From: a virus | IMG/VR virus record: IMGVR_UViG_3300031576_000030 | Span: 10,969-74,968 of that record | Strand: one strand, 5' to 3' | DNA: 64,000 nucleotides | Made by a program: the position numbers and the translations under genes | The notes under the pieces: model-generated | Told to the model about the DNA's origin: nothing | Seen by the model: the letters and a program-made list of their open reading frames with translations, nothing else | Databases searched by the model: none | In this document: piece after piece, positions 1-9,633 of the stretch | How positions within the stretch are numbered: the first letter of the stretch is position 1 | Layout of the letters: the number at the start of each line of letters is the position of its first letter

Positions 1-92
1 CATCCCTGCGCCTTAAACACAGAAAGCCCGTGCCTAGGCTTCTCCTGTAGCCGCCGTTCGCGTCCCGGCTACGTAGACATAATAATGGAGTT

Positions 93-1076
93 TTACAGGG
101 TTGTCAAGTAGGCCGCCAAACGGCCCACCGGCTCACTCCAATCCAGGTACTTCTGGGCAGTTTGCACGCCCGACTTGCCCAGGGCCACCGCCCTCTTGCG
201 GTCGGTCAGCACCTGCTCGACTTTTTCGGCCATGTCGTAGGGCGAGGTCGCCAGCAGGCAGTTGTCTCCGTCGCGGGCGTACTCCATGTTGCCCTGTGCG
301 TCGAACATGATCACCGGCGCGCCGCAGGCCATCGCTTCCAGCGCGGTCATCGACAGCCCCTCGTGCAGCGAGGTGCTGATGAACACGCCGCAGGCGCTAT
401 AGGCTTTGCGCAAGTCTTTGTCGCGGATGTCCTTGAAGTGGCGGTGCGAGCCGACCAGCCGCAGGCCGGGGTGGATGCCGAAGGTCACGAGATGGATGGC
501 CTTGTCCGCCAGGTAGCGGGCGACCTCGGCCAGTTCGCGGAAACCCTTGAGGGCTTGGGGCCGCAACACCGCCAACACCTCGCGGCTGCGCGCGCCGACC
601 TCCTCCAACCGCCATTTGCCGATGGCGATGCCGGTGTAGTGGCATTGGGACAATTGGCGCTCCACCCAGTGGCTGGTGGTGAACAGGTTGAGGCCCAGGT
701 GATAGGTCTGCATCACCATGCCGCAGGTCAGCGGATCGATGTAGTAGGCCGTCTCCACGTCCTGCACCAAGTACGCGCCGCGGGCGGCGGGCAATACGTC
801 CAGGATGTCACGGGCGACGTAGGCCGTCTTCCACCAGGTGGCGATCACGATGTCCGGCTTGAGTGACTTGGTGGCTTCGATCACCGCCTCGTAACTGCCG
901 TAGCGCAGCCACTTGACCTTGTGCCAGCGCTGGAACCAATCCGACTGATTGTCCAGCGAGAGAATGGTCGTCGGCCATCCCAGCAGACTGAGGCGGCTGG
1001 CGTACTCGTAGATCACCTTGACGCCTCCGGCCAAGCCACCGCTCTCCACCAGCCAGGCGACGTGGGGCAGGCTCAT
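93..1076 (-). CDS. Glycosyltransferase, GT-B/GT4-like
   Basis: N-terminal GGVKVIYEYA; C-terminal STSLHEGLSMTALEAMACGAPV (EX7E motif); start chosen at ATGA overlap with upstream stop. Confidence 0.9.
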   Translation of the reverse strand: MSLPHVAWLVESGGLAGGVKVIYEYASRLSLLGWPTTILSLDNQSDWFQRWHKVKWLRYGSYEAVIEATKSLKPDIVIATWWKTAYVARDILDVLPAARGAYLVQDVETAYYIDPLTCGMVMQTYHLGLNLFTTSHWVERQLSQCHYTGIAIGKWRLEEVGARSREVLAVLRPQALKGFRELAEVARYLADKAIHLVTFGIHPGLRLVGSHRHFKDIRDKDLRKAYSACGVFISTSLHEGLSMTALEAMACGAPVIMFDAQGNMEYARDGDNCLLATSPYDMAEKVEQVLTDRKRAVALGKSGVQTAQKYLDWSEPVGRLAAYLTTL

Positions 1077-1876
1077 GGCGACGATTGCCAAATTTCTTCG
1101 GCGGCGCGCATCTCCGACAACCAGTCGGATACGAACTGCGGGTGCTGGCCGCGATAGGCGCGAAATTCGCCTTGGGACTTCGATACATCGAATACCCGCT
1201 CGTAATCCATATAGCCGTCATTTTTCCACAGCGCTTCGACTTTCGGATCCGGGAAGCCTAATTCCACGTACAACTTCTGGAACTCGTGTTCTTTCACCAG
1301 CGCCTCCCGGCGTCGGCCCATGTGCATCTTGCCGTAGTGGAAGACCTCCAGGTGCGTCTGGAACTCCGGGCTGCCGCCCAGGGCACAGGCATCGCCGCCC
1401 GGACCCGCCGAGAATCGCAGACCGGCGGCGGTGTCCGACAACACCGCCTTGCTGGAATAGATGAAGGGGAAGGTTGTCTTGTCGTCGGGGCAGAAGTGGG
1501 TGTAATGCGGCCGGCCCAGTTTATAGTCCGCCGACTTCATGTAGATCAACTCGTTGTAGAAGCCCAAGAAACTCCACTCGCATAGCACTTCGTCGGTGTC
1601 GAGTTTGAGGGCGTAATCGTAGGTCGTGCCGATGTGATCCAGTAGGAAGTTGGCGATGTGCGCCTGGATCGTGTAGTGGTCGCCCCAGGCGTGCGGATGG
1701 ATCGATAGCCGCGCTTCGTGCATGTCCCGCGCCGCCGCCTCGGTCTCGTCGTCGCACGGCGCAAAGTACACCCGCTCGGCCAACTCCAGGGCCGAGTCGA
1801 TGGACGCACGCCACGGGTAGGCGATGGCGTCCAACTTGTAGCCGAACAGGTAAACCGCCAGGCTCGGTCGTTTCAT
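1073..1876 (-). CDS. Glycosyltransferase, GT-A/GT2-like
   Basis: YPWRASIDSAL, DYALKLDTDEV (DxD), VFHYG motifs. Confidence 0.75.
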   Translation of the reverse strand: MKRPSLAVYLFGYKLDAIAYPWRASIDSALELAERVYFAPCDDETEAAARDMHEARLSIHPHAWGDHYTIQAHIANFLLDHIGTTYDYALKLDTDEVLCEWSFLGFYNELIYMKSADYKLGRPHYTHFCPDDKTTFPFIYSSKAVLSDTAAGLRFSAGPGGDACALGGSPEFQTHLEVFHYGKMHMGRRREALVKEHEFQKLYVELGFPDPKVEALWKNDGYMDYERVFDVSKSQGEFRAYRGQHPQFVSDWLSEMRAAEEIWQSSP

Positions 1877-2202
1877 TCATATTCCCTTCTCAGGGCTAAC
1901 AACCTCTTGCCCACCTCCACCTTGTCCACAATCTTCTCCCAAGTCTCTGGATGGACATAGGCATAATCTGCCGCACTCGAGTGCGGGCCAAAATCACCCT
2001 GTCCCGCCTTCGGGACAAAGTGAATCGCCGGGTCGGGCATCTCCATCCAAGTGGATCCTTGTTGCTCGAACGTCCTGCTTTGTGCCCAGGTGTAAATAGG
2101 AACGCCGCCATAATAACCCCGAAAGTGATTGCTTAGGATCGATCCATGAATCATGATCCCCACAGGCGACCCGGATGTCTCGACGCGAACGATGATTAAC
2201 AT
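1873..2202 (-). CDS. Hypothetical protein
   Basis: Fills the gap between coupled GT genes; start uncertain. Confidence 0.55.
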   Translation of the reverse strand: MLIIVRVETSGSPVGIMIHGSILSNHFRGYYGGVPIYTWAQSRTFEQQGSTWMEMPDPAIHFVPKAGQGDFGPHSSAADYAYVHPETWEKIVDKVEVGKRLLALRREYE

Positions 2203-2894
2203 GGCCCGGCAAATATCCTTTCTCGGATCGAAGGTTCGAACTCGCGCACCAAGCCCAGGCGGTGGGCGTTGTCCACCCGCCCGATGTACTCATGCCACGG
2301 GCCGATGCCCACCGTCCCCTGGTGTACCTGGTAGCGCCAGCCTTTGGCGACGAGCGCCTCGCGCGATTTGCAGGCGGTGTGGTCAAAGAGCAAGGGGCCG
2401 TCGGCAATCTGCTTCTGGGAAAGGCCCAGCGCGGTCGGCTCGGTATGCACATTCTGCGGGAAATGCACCCCCGCCAGGTTGCGAAACATTCGCTGGCTCG
2501 GCCCATTGCCGCCCTCCACGTAATGATCGCGGTCGAGGATGGTGGTGTACTTGAAAAACTCCCAGATGTCGGAACGATCCAGGTCGGTGGACAGCAGCCA
2601 GTGCCGCAGGTCGCTGCTGAATGTCTCGTCGGCGTCCAAGTAGAATATCCACGACAGGCGGCAGGCGGCCAGGGCCAGCGTGCGCAGGTCGCCGTGATGG
2701 GAATGGCGCTGCTCGCTCTGTAGGGCGATGGGCAGGCGCTGCATATAGGATTGAATGATCGGCAGCGTGTCGTCGGTCGAGCCATTGTCCACGATAGACA
2801 GGACGCCCAACAGGTCGGCGACAGACACGAACGAATCCAGGCAATGGCCGATCATCTCCTCTTCGTTTTGGCAGATGAGAAAGGCGTCGATCAT
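2196..2894 (-). CDS. Glycosyltransferase family 2
   Basis: ICQNEEEMIGHCLDS, IVDNGSTDDT, WIFYLDADE, VHTEP. Confidence 0.9.
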   Translation of the reverse strand: MIDAFLICQNEEEMIGHCLDSFVSVADLLGVLSIVDNGSTDDTLPIIQSYMQRLPIALQSEQRHSHHGDLRTLALAACRLSWIFYLDADETFSSDLRHWLLSTDLDRSDIWEFFKYTTILDRDHYVEGGNGPSQRMFRNLAGVHFPQNVHTEPTALGLSQKQIADGPLLFDHTACKSREALVAKGWRYQVHQGTVGIGPWHEYIGRVDNAHRLGLVREFEPSIRERIFAGPC

Positions 2895-3145
2895 CGGGAG
2901 TCAGGGCTGACCTCGAGATGCGACCACCATTCTCCTTGGTAGCGTATGGCGTCAGCCGGGATGGAATCGCCGGTCGCCTCGTCCACGCCCCACACAACCG
3001 ACGCGCCACAATAGCGGCAACTCTTGGTCATCGTACCCACCTTCACGATTACCTTATCGTTGCGCCGTCGAGGGCCATTTGGTAGACGCGGCTGGCTAGT
3101 ATTCATGCGGCCTCGGGAGGCGAGACGTATCCCGGCCAATGCCAT
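2891..3145 (-). CDS. Small hypothetical protein with CxxC
   Basis: SCRYCGASVVW...WWSHLE; coupled to the GT2 start; true start probably further downstream. Confidence 0.45.
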   Translation of the reverse strand: MALAGIRLASRGRMNTSQPRLPNGPRRRNDKVIVKVGTMTKSCRYCGASVVWGVDEATGDSIPADAIRYQGEWWSHLEVSPDSR

Positions 3146-3230
3146 GTGCCGGGAAGTTTATGAGTTTCATCGAGCAGAACCCTCTCGGCAAAGAATATGC
3201 CTTTGGGGTTGAGGATGCAGAGGCCCACTT

Positions 3231-3734
3231 CTAGTAGGCTCCTACGTCGGACAACCACCCCCATCGTTTGCCGTTTTCGATGGCATGGATGGTGGCCCAG
3301 CCAACGTTATAGATATTGGCAATTTCGTGTTTAGACTTCCCGGCCCGTAGAAGATGTCATACATTGAGGACTTCATCTTCTTTCAACTTTGAACTGGGAT
3401 TTTGGCTACCCGGAGAGGAGCCACCCCTAGAACGCTCTTTTGTGACTCGGTCAGCGATATTATCGGCTTGGCTCCCTGAGAATAGATGGAACGGGTTGCA
3501 ACAAGAAGGATTGTCGCAACGATGAAGGATCGACTCTCCGGGTGCTATGTCTCCAAAAGTCAGTCTCCAGACAACCCGATGTGCCCTCCAAGATTTTCCT
3601 TCCCAGTTGAATATGCCATATCCGTCTCGACTTGTATAACCTTGCCAAAGCCAACAATCGTTAACGCCTCTCCTATCAACCTTTTCCCAGAACCTCAGGT
3701 CAACCGGATTGATTTTGTATTGGTTGCCTCTCAT
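3231..3734 (-). pseudogene. HNH homing endonuclease whose C-terminal HTH is cut off by an in-frame TGA (3357-3359)
   Basis: RFWEKVD..CWLWQG..GYG..RAHRVVW..LHRCDNPSCCNPFHL..DN; after the TGA the frame continues HLLRAGKSKHEIANIYNVGWATIHAIENGKRWGW to a TAG at 3231. Confidence 0.8.
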
Positions 3735-3736
3735 CG

Positions 3737-4117
3737 CTATTCCCCTAACTCCCCGGTGAGATACTCGCCCTTCCAATCAGCGATACCTTCGCGTACACCA
3801 TAGTCCATGATGTCCACGTCGGCCATCCCAATCTTCCGTTCACGGTGTACCTGGCGCTCATAGCGGAGCGAGGCCCAGCGCAACAGCCATTCGATCACTT
3901 TCTTTTCCAGAGCAAACGCCGTAAACCATCGCCGACGCCATCGGAACGAGGCCAGCGCCTCGAACGGCCAGATGCGCACCTGGTACTCCTCGTCTGACTT
4001 ACCCCGCGCCCTGGCCTCGGAGAGCGCTCGGCCCACATGCAGGATAGACAGAGGAGGCGACTTCTGCGGGCTGCTGACGCTGGGCACCGGGTAGATCAAG
4101 AGAACCCGTGTCGTCAT
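3737..4117 (-). CDS. Short protein with a B12-binding radical-SAM-like N-terminus; possible internally deleted relic
   Basis: MTTRVLLIYPVP...PPLSILHVGRAL resembles the start of cobalamin-dependent radical SAM proteins, but 126 aa and no CxxxCxxC. Confidence 0.5.
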   Translation of the reverse strand: MTTRVLLIYPVPSVSSPQKSPPLSILHVGRALSEARARGKSDEEYQVRIWPFEALASFRWRRRWFTAFALEKKVIEWLLRWASLRYERQVHRERKIGMADVDIMDYGVREGIADWKGEYLTGELGE

Positions 4118-4359
4118 TCTTTGTCCTCGCCCGGCGTGATAGGCAAGTAGGCGAACTCTGTCACCAACGACAATTCATCCCACGCATCGTGGAACTGTTC
4201 CTGGAAACAGTAGGCGGTCAGGGCCTCATGCTCGCGCCGTCGCAATTGGATGGCGCTTATGATAATGCCCTGTGTCTTGGCGTCGCGGATAGCATCCAGG
4301 ATCGCCGTCGCCACTTGCTGGCCGACTCTCTCCTGGTCTAGTTCGTCAATTGTCTGCAT
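4114..4359 (-). CDS. Hypothetical protein
   Basis: ORF coupled to neighbours (start MQTIDELD). Confidence 0.55.
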   Translation of the reverse strand: MQTIDELDQERVGQQVATAILDAIRDAKTQGIIISAIQLRRREHEALTAYCFQEQFHDAWDELSLVTEFAYLPITPGEDKE

Positions 4360-5258
4360 AGCGCCCCCCACTGGTCGACCACGACGCTCGGCGAGAAGTT
4401 CTGCTTGGCCCACTCCCAGCCCTGATCGGCGACCTCCCAATACGGCTGCGGGTTATCCAGGAAGGTTTCGATGCCTCGGGCAAATTGATCGTCGGTGGAG
4501 GCAAACTGGGCATGGCCGCCAGTCGTCTCGCGCAAGGGCGGAATATCTTGGCACAGGACGGGTACCTGAGCCATTTGCGCCATCGCCACCGAGATGCAGC
4601 AGCACTCGTCGCGCGTCGGAAAGACAAACAGTTTCAGCCCCGAATAGAAACTGGCGAAGTCACGTACCTGGCCTAGAAGGGTGAGGTTGCCACTCGCCAT
4701 CACCGAGATCTGATGATACAAAGGCCCGTGTCCGGCCAAGACGAAATTCTCGGACGGAAAACGATTGGCTAAGGCCAGGAAATCCTGCGGTCGCTTTTCG
4801 TCGACCAATCGGGACAGTCGCCCAATACTCCCCTGGGCATTGCGGCGAGCAGCGCCCACGTCGGCGATGCCGTAGATCACCTGCCGCCGCGCCATGTGTG
4901 GGTTGAGATGCAAAGCGATGTGGTTCAAGGCCACAAATGCGTCGACCAGGTCGGGCGGCGTGGGCGAACGAGCATTCGAGTGCATGCACTCGACCGTCTT
5001 CATGCCCCGCTCTTTGGCCCACAGGAAGGTGTCGCGGTACGACCAGCCACCAACCGTGTGACCCACGCAGATGTCGTATTGCGCCTCGCGTGGCGGGCCG
5101 CCGTTCCAAATGACCATGCCCGCCCGCCGCAATTCTGGACTGAAGGAACCGTCCGCCGCCCACCATGCATGGTGATCGAGAGAATGTAGGAACAGGCGGT
5201 AGACCATCTCCTGGATACCGCCCAAATTCAAGTTGTCCAGGCAGTGCAAGATGTTCAT
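4338..5258 (-). CDS. Glycosyltransferase family 4
   Basis: NLNLGGIQEMV, GRLSRLVDEKRP, FVFPTRDECCCISVAMAQ. Confidence 0.85.
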   Translation of the reverse strand: MNILHCLDNLNLGGIQEMVYRLFLHSLDHHAWWAADGSFSPELRRAGMVIWNGGPPREAQYDICVGHTVGGWSYRDTFLWAKERGMKTVECMHSNARSPTPPDLVDAFVALNHIALHLNPHMARRQVIYGIADVGAARRNAQGSIGRLSRLVDEKRPQDFLALANRFPSENFVLAGHGPLYHQISVMASGNLTLLGQVRDFASFYSGLKLFVFPTRDECCCISVAMAQMAQVPVLCQDIPPLRETTGGHAQFASTDDQFARGIETFLDNPQPYWEVADQGWEWAKQNFSPSVVVDQWGALCRQLTN

Positions 5259-5482
5259 TTTATCGAGACCATGTAAGGGAGGGGCCAAGCACGCCAGGGC
5301 GTTATTGGCACTTCCCAATCACCCGGTGAGCCGCTGCTAAAGGAACGGAAATAATCCTCACTTCCGAAAACGAGAGCACGCGAGTCGCTGATTTTCTCAA
5401 GCCGCCTTGCGCCGCAAGTCTCGCAGCCGCGCCACGGAAACACCTCGTACAGATTGCCGCAATATTCACATCGGAACATCAT
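5255..5482 (-). CDS. Small zinc-ribbon protein
   Basis: CEYCG...CETCG; ATGA-coupled on both sides. Confidence 0.55.
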   Translation of the reverse strand: MMFRCEYCGNLYEVFPWRGCETCGARRLEKISDSRALVFGSEDYFRSFSSGSPGDWEVPITPWRAWPLPYMVSIK

Positions 5483-6063
5483 CGCCTCCTGAACAGCGTA
5501 GAATGCCACTGCAGCCAATGGCAGTGGTCGTAGGCCGAATCGACGTCGATCACCCGGTGGGCCGCCGCCGTCGTCTCGTGGTCAAGGTCATAGCCAACCT
5601 GGGAGAATAATCCCTGCCAATATTCCTGGGGCTGCTCGTTCCAATGGCCCTCGCCCCCCTGTCCCGGCGTGGCTGCCGACCAGAACACGACTGGCGCGCA
5701 ACGCGACAGCGTACCCACCAGCGTGCGGGCATGTTCGGGCCGCAGATGCTCACCAACCTCGATGCACAGGGCCAGGTCGAAGGCCTGGGCCGGCGTCCAG
5801 GGATTGCGCAGATCGACCAACTCGAAACAGCCGGGGATCCACTTGCCGCCTTCGGACGCGCCGTCCACGCCATATACCTGGAGGCCGCGCTGCGCGAAGG
5901 GCAGGAGGTAGATGCCGCTGGCGCAGCCTACATCGATCACCGAGGTCGGATGCAACAGGTTGTCCAACAGACCGCCCAGGGCCATCGCCTGCGGAGTCTC
6001 GTGCAGATCGACTTCTTCCATCAGCCAAGAATATTCATCCGCATCTTGGTATTTATAGGGCAT
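5479..6063 (-). CDS. Class I SAM-dependent methyltransferase
   Basis: SVIDVGCASG motif I, FDLALCIEVGEHL, SAATPGQGGEGHWNEQ. Confidence 0.9.
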   Translation of the reverse strand: MPYKYQDADEYSWLMEEVDLHETPQAMALGGLLDNLLHPTSVIDVGCASGIYLLPFAQRGLQVYGVDGASEGGKWIPGCFELVDLRNPWTPAQAFDLALCIEVGEHLRPEHARTLVGTLSRCAPVVFWSAATPGQGGEGHWNEQPQEYWQGLFSQVGYDLDHETTAAAHRVIDVDSAYDHCHWLQWHSTLFRRR

Positions 6064-6553
6064 AGGATTGCTCTGGGAAATTCAAGTATGCAAAATCTCC
6101 ATAGTGTTCTTTGGCAACCTCACCATAGATTCTAGCAGCCATCTCTCGATTTTGAAAGGTACCTAAATGATGAACTCTACCGCCATAATGAATATGGGCA
6201 ACCCATCCCTTATTTTGTTTTGAGAAGGAGACACCTTTGTAACCCGATTTGTTGTTATTGTTTGGCCCACGATTTCTTTGATTCTGAAATCGATTGGCGA
6301 GCCTGATATTCACCCTCTGATTGTTTAGGCCGTTGCGATCAATGTGATCCACCCATACACCATCAGGGGCTTTCAAAATCTCTCTATGCATAAGGATAAT
6401 TCTACTTTTTCCTGCGGAGTCCACAGACGAATTTCTTACGGCGTAGAATGTCTTTCTGTGCTGGAATGAACACCACTTAAACTGACTTAAGAATTCAAAA
6501 TCTTCGTCGTCTACTATAGTAACTTGCCCTTGTGTTAAAGATATTTGTTTCAT
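6053..6553 (-). CDS. HNH endonuclease with AP2 DNA-binding domain
   Basis: MHREIL..VDHIDRNGLNNQRVNIR..SGYKGVS..WVAHI..HLGTF; visibly AT-richer than neighbours. Confidence 0.9.
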   Translation of the reverse strand: MKQISLTQGQVTIVDDEDFEFLSQFKWCSFQHRKTFYAVRNSSVDSAGKSRIILMHREILKAPDGVWVDHIDRNGLNNQRVNIRLANRFQNQRNRGPNNNNKSGYKGVSFSKQNKGWVAHIHYGGRVHHLGTFQNREMAARIYGEVAKEHYGDFAYLNFPEQSYAL

Positions 6554-6612
6554 CACTTCACGCCTCATTCACAAAACAAGATAGTTTAACGCCGGGTCGC
6601 TGTAGCGGTAGG

Positions 6613-7269
6613 TCATGTCTTACGGGCTACCAGCCAGATGACGATGGGATGGTCGGTGCGTCCGTTCACCCCGCTCAGGCCATCCCCCAAGAGGCGGCGC
6701 GCTTCGGCCACGCTCATGTAATCCCCTTCCAAGGCGTCGTTATGCAGATATTCAAACTCGATCATCTGCCGACCGCCCCATCCGCCGTGGGAGATGTAAT
6801 CCCATTGATTATGGGGAAATAGAACCTGGTAGCCATCATAGCCGATGCGCCAGCAGTCCACCGGAGCGGGATGGATACGGTGCAGGAAGGGTGTGGTGAC
6901 GACCAACAGGCCGCCCGTTTTTAGGATGCGGCCCAACTCGACTGCTGCCTGCCAGGGCCGCTCGACATGCTCCAACACTTGATCGGCCACGACCACATCC
7001 ATACTATCACTCCCAATGCCTGGGCAAGCCTGTATATCGTAAATGGGGTATTCTCCGACATAACAATCAATGCGCTCGCCCATCAGATGCTTGAACATGC
7101 GGATGACCGAGGTGGTCGGCTCCCTGGCTCCAAATTCAAACAGGGAGTAGAGCCGTGATACGTCCCACGTGATACCCACCAAGGCCTCATAGATCGCCTC
7201 ATACATGAAGTGCCGGACGTGATCGTGGTGCGACCACGATCCATCGATGGGTTGCCAGATGTCTGTCAT
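6613..7269 (-). CDS. SAM-dependent methyltransferase (type 11-like)
   Basis: DVVVADQVLEHVERPW..LKTGGLLVVTTPF..HPAPVDCWR. Confidence 0.85.
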   Translation of the reverse strand: MTDIWQPIDGSWSHHDHVRHFMYEAIYEALVGITWDVSRLYSLFEFGAREPTTSVIRMFKHLMGERIDCYVGEYPIYDIQACPGIGSDSMDVVVADQVLEHVERPWQAAVELGRILKTGGLLVVTTPFLHRIHPAPVDCWRIGYDGYQVLFPHNQWDYISHGGWGGRQMIEFEYLHNDALEGDYMSVAEARRLLGDGLSGVNGRTDHPIVIWLVARKT

Positions 7270-7922
7270 AATCCCTCCGCCAGTTCGTCTTGGTACATCC
7301 TCAAGATGCCGTTACATCCCTCGTGGGCCAGCCCGGCGAAGTCGCCCCGGATATATTCATAGGAAAAATCAGTCTGCCAAATGAAACCGAGTTCACCTTT
7401 CTTGACCAGCGACGGATCATGCCAGGTGAGAAATTGAGGCCCCGGCGTCTCGCCCGGCCCCAGTTGAGCCGCCGCTGGAAACTTCGCCACCATTCTGAGT
7501 ACATCGTTCCGCAGATTGAAGATCCAACGGTGGTGACAATAGCCCACATGATCGTAATGGCTGCTGTCGAACTTTCCCAGTTCGGTGTGTTTGTGCGGTG
7601 TGGAGATGAAGCCCATCTTGGAGTAGGCTTGAAGTTGGCCGATGACGAACGCAGGATCCCGCAGGTCTTCCAAGGTATTGGTGCAGATGGAGAAATCATA
7701 AATGCGCCCGTTCAATTGATCCCAGGTCTGCCTCAGGCAAGCATCCCCGGCAAACGTGGCGTTCGGTTGAATGTCGAGGTAGTCCGGATCGAACTCGCTG
7801 GCCCAAGGCATGGCGACGCCACCCACGTCCAGGACAGAGTATTTCGGGTCGCGCTCGCGCTGCTCCTGCAGGTAGACCGAGGCCCAGGGGTGCAGCAGTT
7901 CGTATTGAGCCTTGAGGATCAT
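7266..7922 (-). CDS. SAM-dependent methyltransferase-like protein
   Basis: VLDVGG, YDFSICTNTLEDLRDP, GYCHHRW. Confidence 0.8.
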   Translation of the reverse strand: MILKAQYELLHPWASVYLQEQRERDPKYSVLDVGGVAMPWASEFDPDYLDIQPNATFAGDACLRQTWDQLNGRIYDFSICTNTLEDLRDPAFVIGQLQAYSKMGFISTPHKHTELGKFDSSHYDHVGYCHHRWIFNLRNDVLRMVAKFPAAAQLGPGETPGPQFLTWHDPSLVKKGELGFIWQTDFSYEYIRGDFAGLAHEGCNGILRMYQDELAEGL

Positions 7923-8806
7923 GGGGGGAAGACGGCGCTAAGTTCAGCCCGCGTCGCCTCGGCGGTGTAGCGTTGCGACCAAGCATACGCCTGCTGCCAC
8001 ATCTTGCTGCGCAGGTCGGCGTCGCCGCGCAAGAGAACCATCTGCTCCAGGATGGCCGAAAGATACTCCTGCACAGGATAGCGGCCCGTCTCCGGATCCT
8101 GGACGACCAGCGCCGTCTCGCGGTGAAACATGAACTCGTTTCCACCCTGGCCGGTCGTGCCGACCACAATCGTGCCCATGCGCATGGCCTCCAGGCAGGC
8201 CATTGGGAATCCCTCGGGGTGATTGAGATGTATGTAAAACTCGCAATCGGCCAACTTCGCCGCCATCTGCCGCTGCGTCAGCGCTTCGGTCACGTATTCC
8301 ACTGGGAAGCCACTCGCCTCCAGTAGATCTCGCATCTGGGCATGGTAAGGATTGCGGCGGGCGATGACCAAGGTGCGATTCGACTGCTTGGGCGTCGGAT
8401 TCCACACGTCGTCGTCCAGGAAGGGCGTGATCTTGCCGAGGGGCTTGACTCGATAGGTGCGCTCCACCCAATTCGCCAGGTAACGACTACACACCAAGAC
8501 CTCACTGTCCTGATAATCGAGTTCCTTCACCAGCCATTGGCGGTTCTGGATAAAGAGAATCTGCCGGGCGTAGACGGCGGGCAACGGCCACATGACTTCG
8601 GGGACGATCACCGTGTCCGAAGATCGGGGCGGCTCGCTGGCGATGGCCTGCGACGGCACGGGATGCGCGTCCCACCACACGTCGAACGGCTCAACCTGGT
8701 GAACGAACGAGGCCACACCCAAATCGTTGAGCATGTGGGCCAGGCGATGGATAAACCAACACCCTCCCGAAGGCGCATCCGGTTTCGGACATAGCCAGCA
8801 GATCAT
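7919..8806 (-). CDS. Glycosyltransferase, GT-B/GT4-like
   Basis: PSGGCWFIHRL, VIVPE, EGFPMACLEAMRMG..VGTTGQGGNEF. Confidence 0.85.
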   Translation of the reverse strand: MICWLCPKPDAPSGGCWFIHRLAHMLNDLGVASFVHQVEPFDVWWDAHPVPSQAIASEPPRSSDTVIVPEVMWPLPAVYARQILFIQNRQWLVKELDYQDSEVLVCSRYLANWVERTYRVKPLGKITPFLDDDVWNPTPKQSNRTLVIARRNPYHAQMRDLLEASGFPVEYVTEALTQRQMAAKLADCEFYIHLNHPEGFPMACLEAMRMGTIVVGTTGQGGNEFMFHRETALVVQDPETGRYPVQEYLSAILEQMVLLRGDADLRSKMWQQAYAWSQRYTAEATRAELSAVFPP

Positions 8807-9633
8807 GTCAGCCTCACCGCGAAGTCAGTCCAATCGGTCGTGACCCACTTTTTGAAAAATATCTTGAGCCCTTCTTGCTCGGTCTCCCATTTTTCCGGTG
8901 CCATCTGCATCTTCTCCTCCAAAGTCCGCCCGCGCGTCCTGCCCTCCAGATGATAGGCCCAGGCATAGCCGTTGTAAAAAATCGGCAGCCCGGCCACCAT
9001 GCAGTCCAGCCCATAGTCGATGTCCTCCACCGCCATGCCGAAGCGCTCGTCCAAGAGACCCACGATCAGCATCGCTGCCCGGCTGATGGCGTACAGCGCG
9101 CCGCTGACCAGCATAGGCCGGATGCTGACGGCCATCGGGTGGTCGCGCGGATAGCCGCGCAGCGCATGATCCCAATAGCCAGGGATCGGTTGCCCCTGGG
9201 CGGGCACGAAGACCACCCCACCATGCTGCACCGTGTCGTCGGGATAGAGCAGGCGGGTGCCAACCACGCCCGCACCCAGGATGTTGAGACTGTCGCACAG
9301 GATCTGCAAGGTCGGGCATCCCTGGAACACGATGTCGTTGTTGACCAGGACACAGGACAGGCCGGTGGCCTGGCGCAAACCGGCGTTGCAGGCCTTGGCG
9401 AAACCGCCGTTCTGACTCTGGTGAATCAAACGCGCCTGGTGCGACTCGCACACCTGATTGAGTTCGGCCACCGTCGCCTCGTCCGAGCCGTCGTCGACCA
9501 CGATCACCTCGGGCGACACCTGCGAGTGAGTCTGGCGCAGCGAGCGCAGGCACTCAGCGGTCAGCGCCACCCCGCCTTTGCCCCAGGTGGGGATGACGAC
9601 AGAGAACCAGGGCTGGATAAGTTTCAGGGCCAC
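8803..9633 (-). CDS. Glycosyltransferase family 2
   Basis: SVVIPTW, VIVVDDGS, NGGFAKACNAG, VLVNNDI, LLDERFGMAVEDID. Confidence 0.92.
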   Translation of the reverse strand: MALKLIQPWFSVVIPTWGKGGVALTAECLRSLRQTHSQVSPEVIVVDDGSDEATVAELNQVCESHQARLIHQSQNGGFAKACNAGLRQATGLSCVLVNNDIVFQGCPTLQILCDSLNILGAGVVGTRLLYPDDTVQHGGVVFVPAQGQPIPGYWDHALRGYPRDHPMAVSIRPMLVSGALYAISRAAMLIVGLLDERFGMAVEDIDYGLDCMVAGLPIFYNGYAWAYHLEGRTRGRTLEEKMQMAPEKWETEQEGLKIFFKKWVTTDWTDFAVRLT

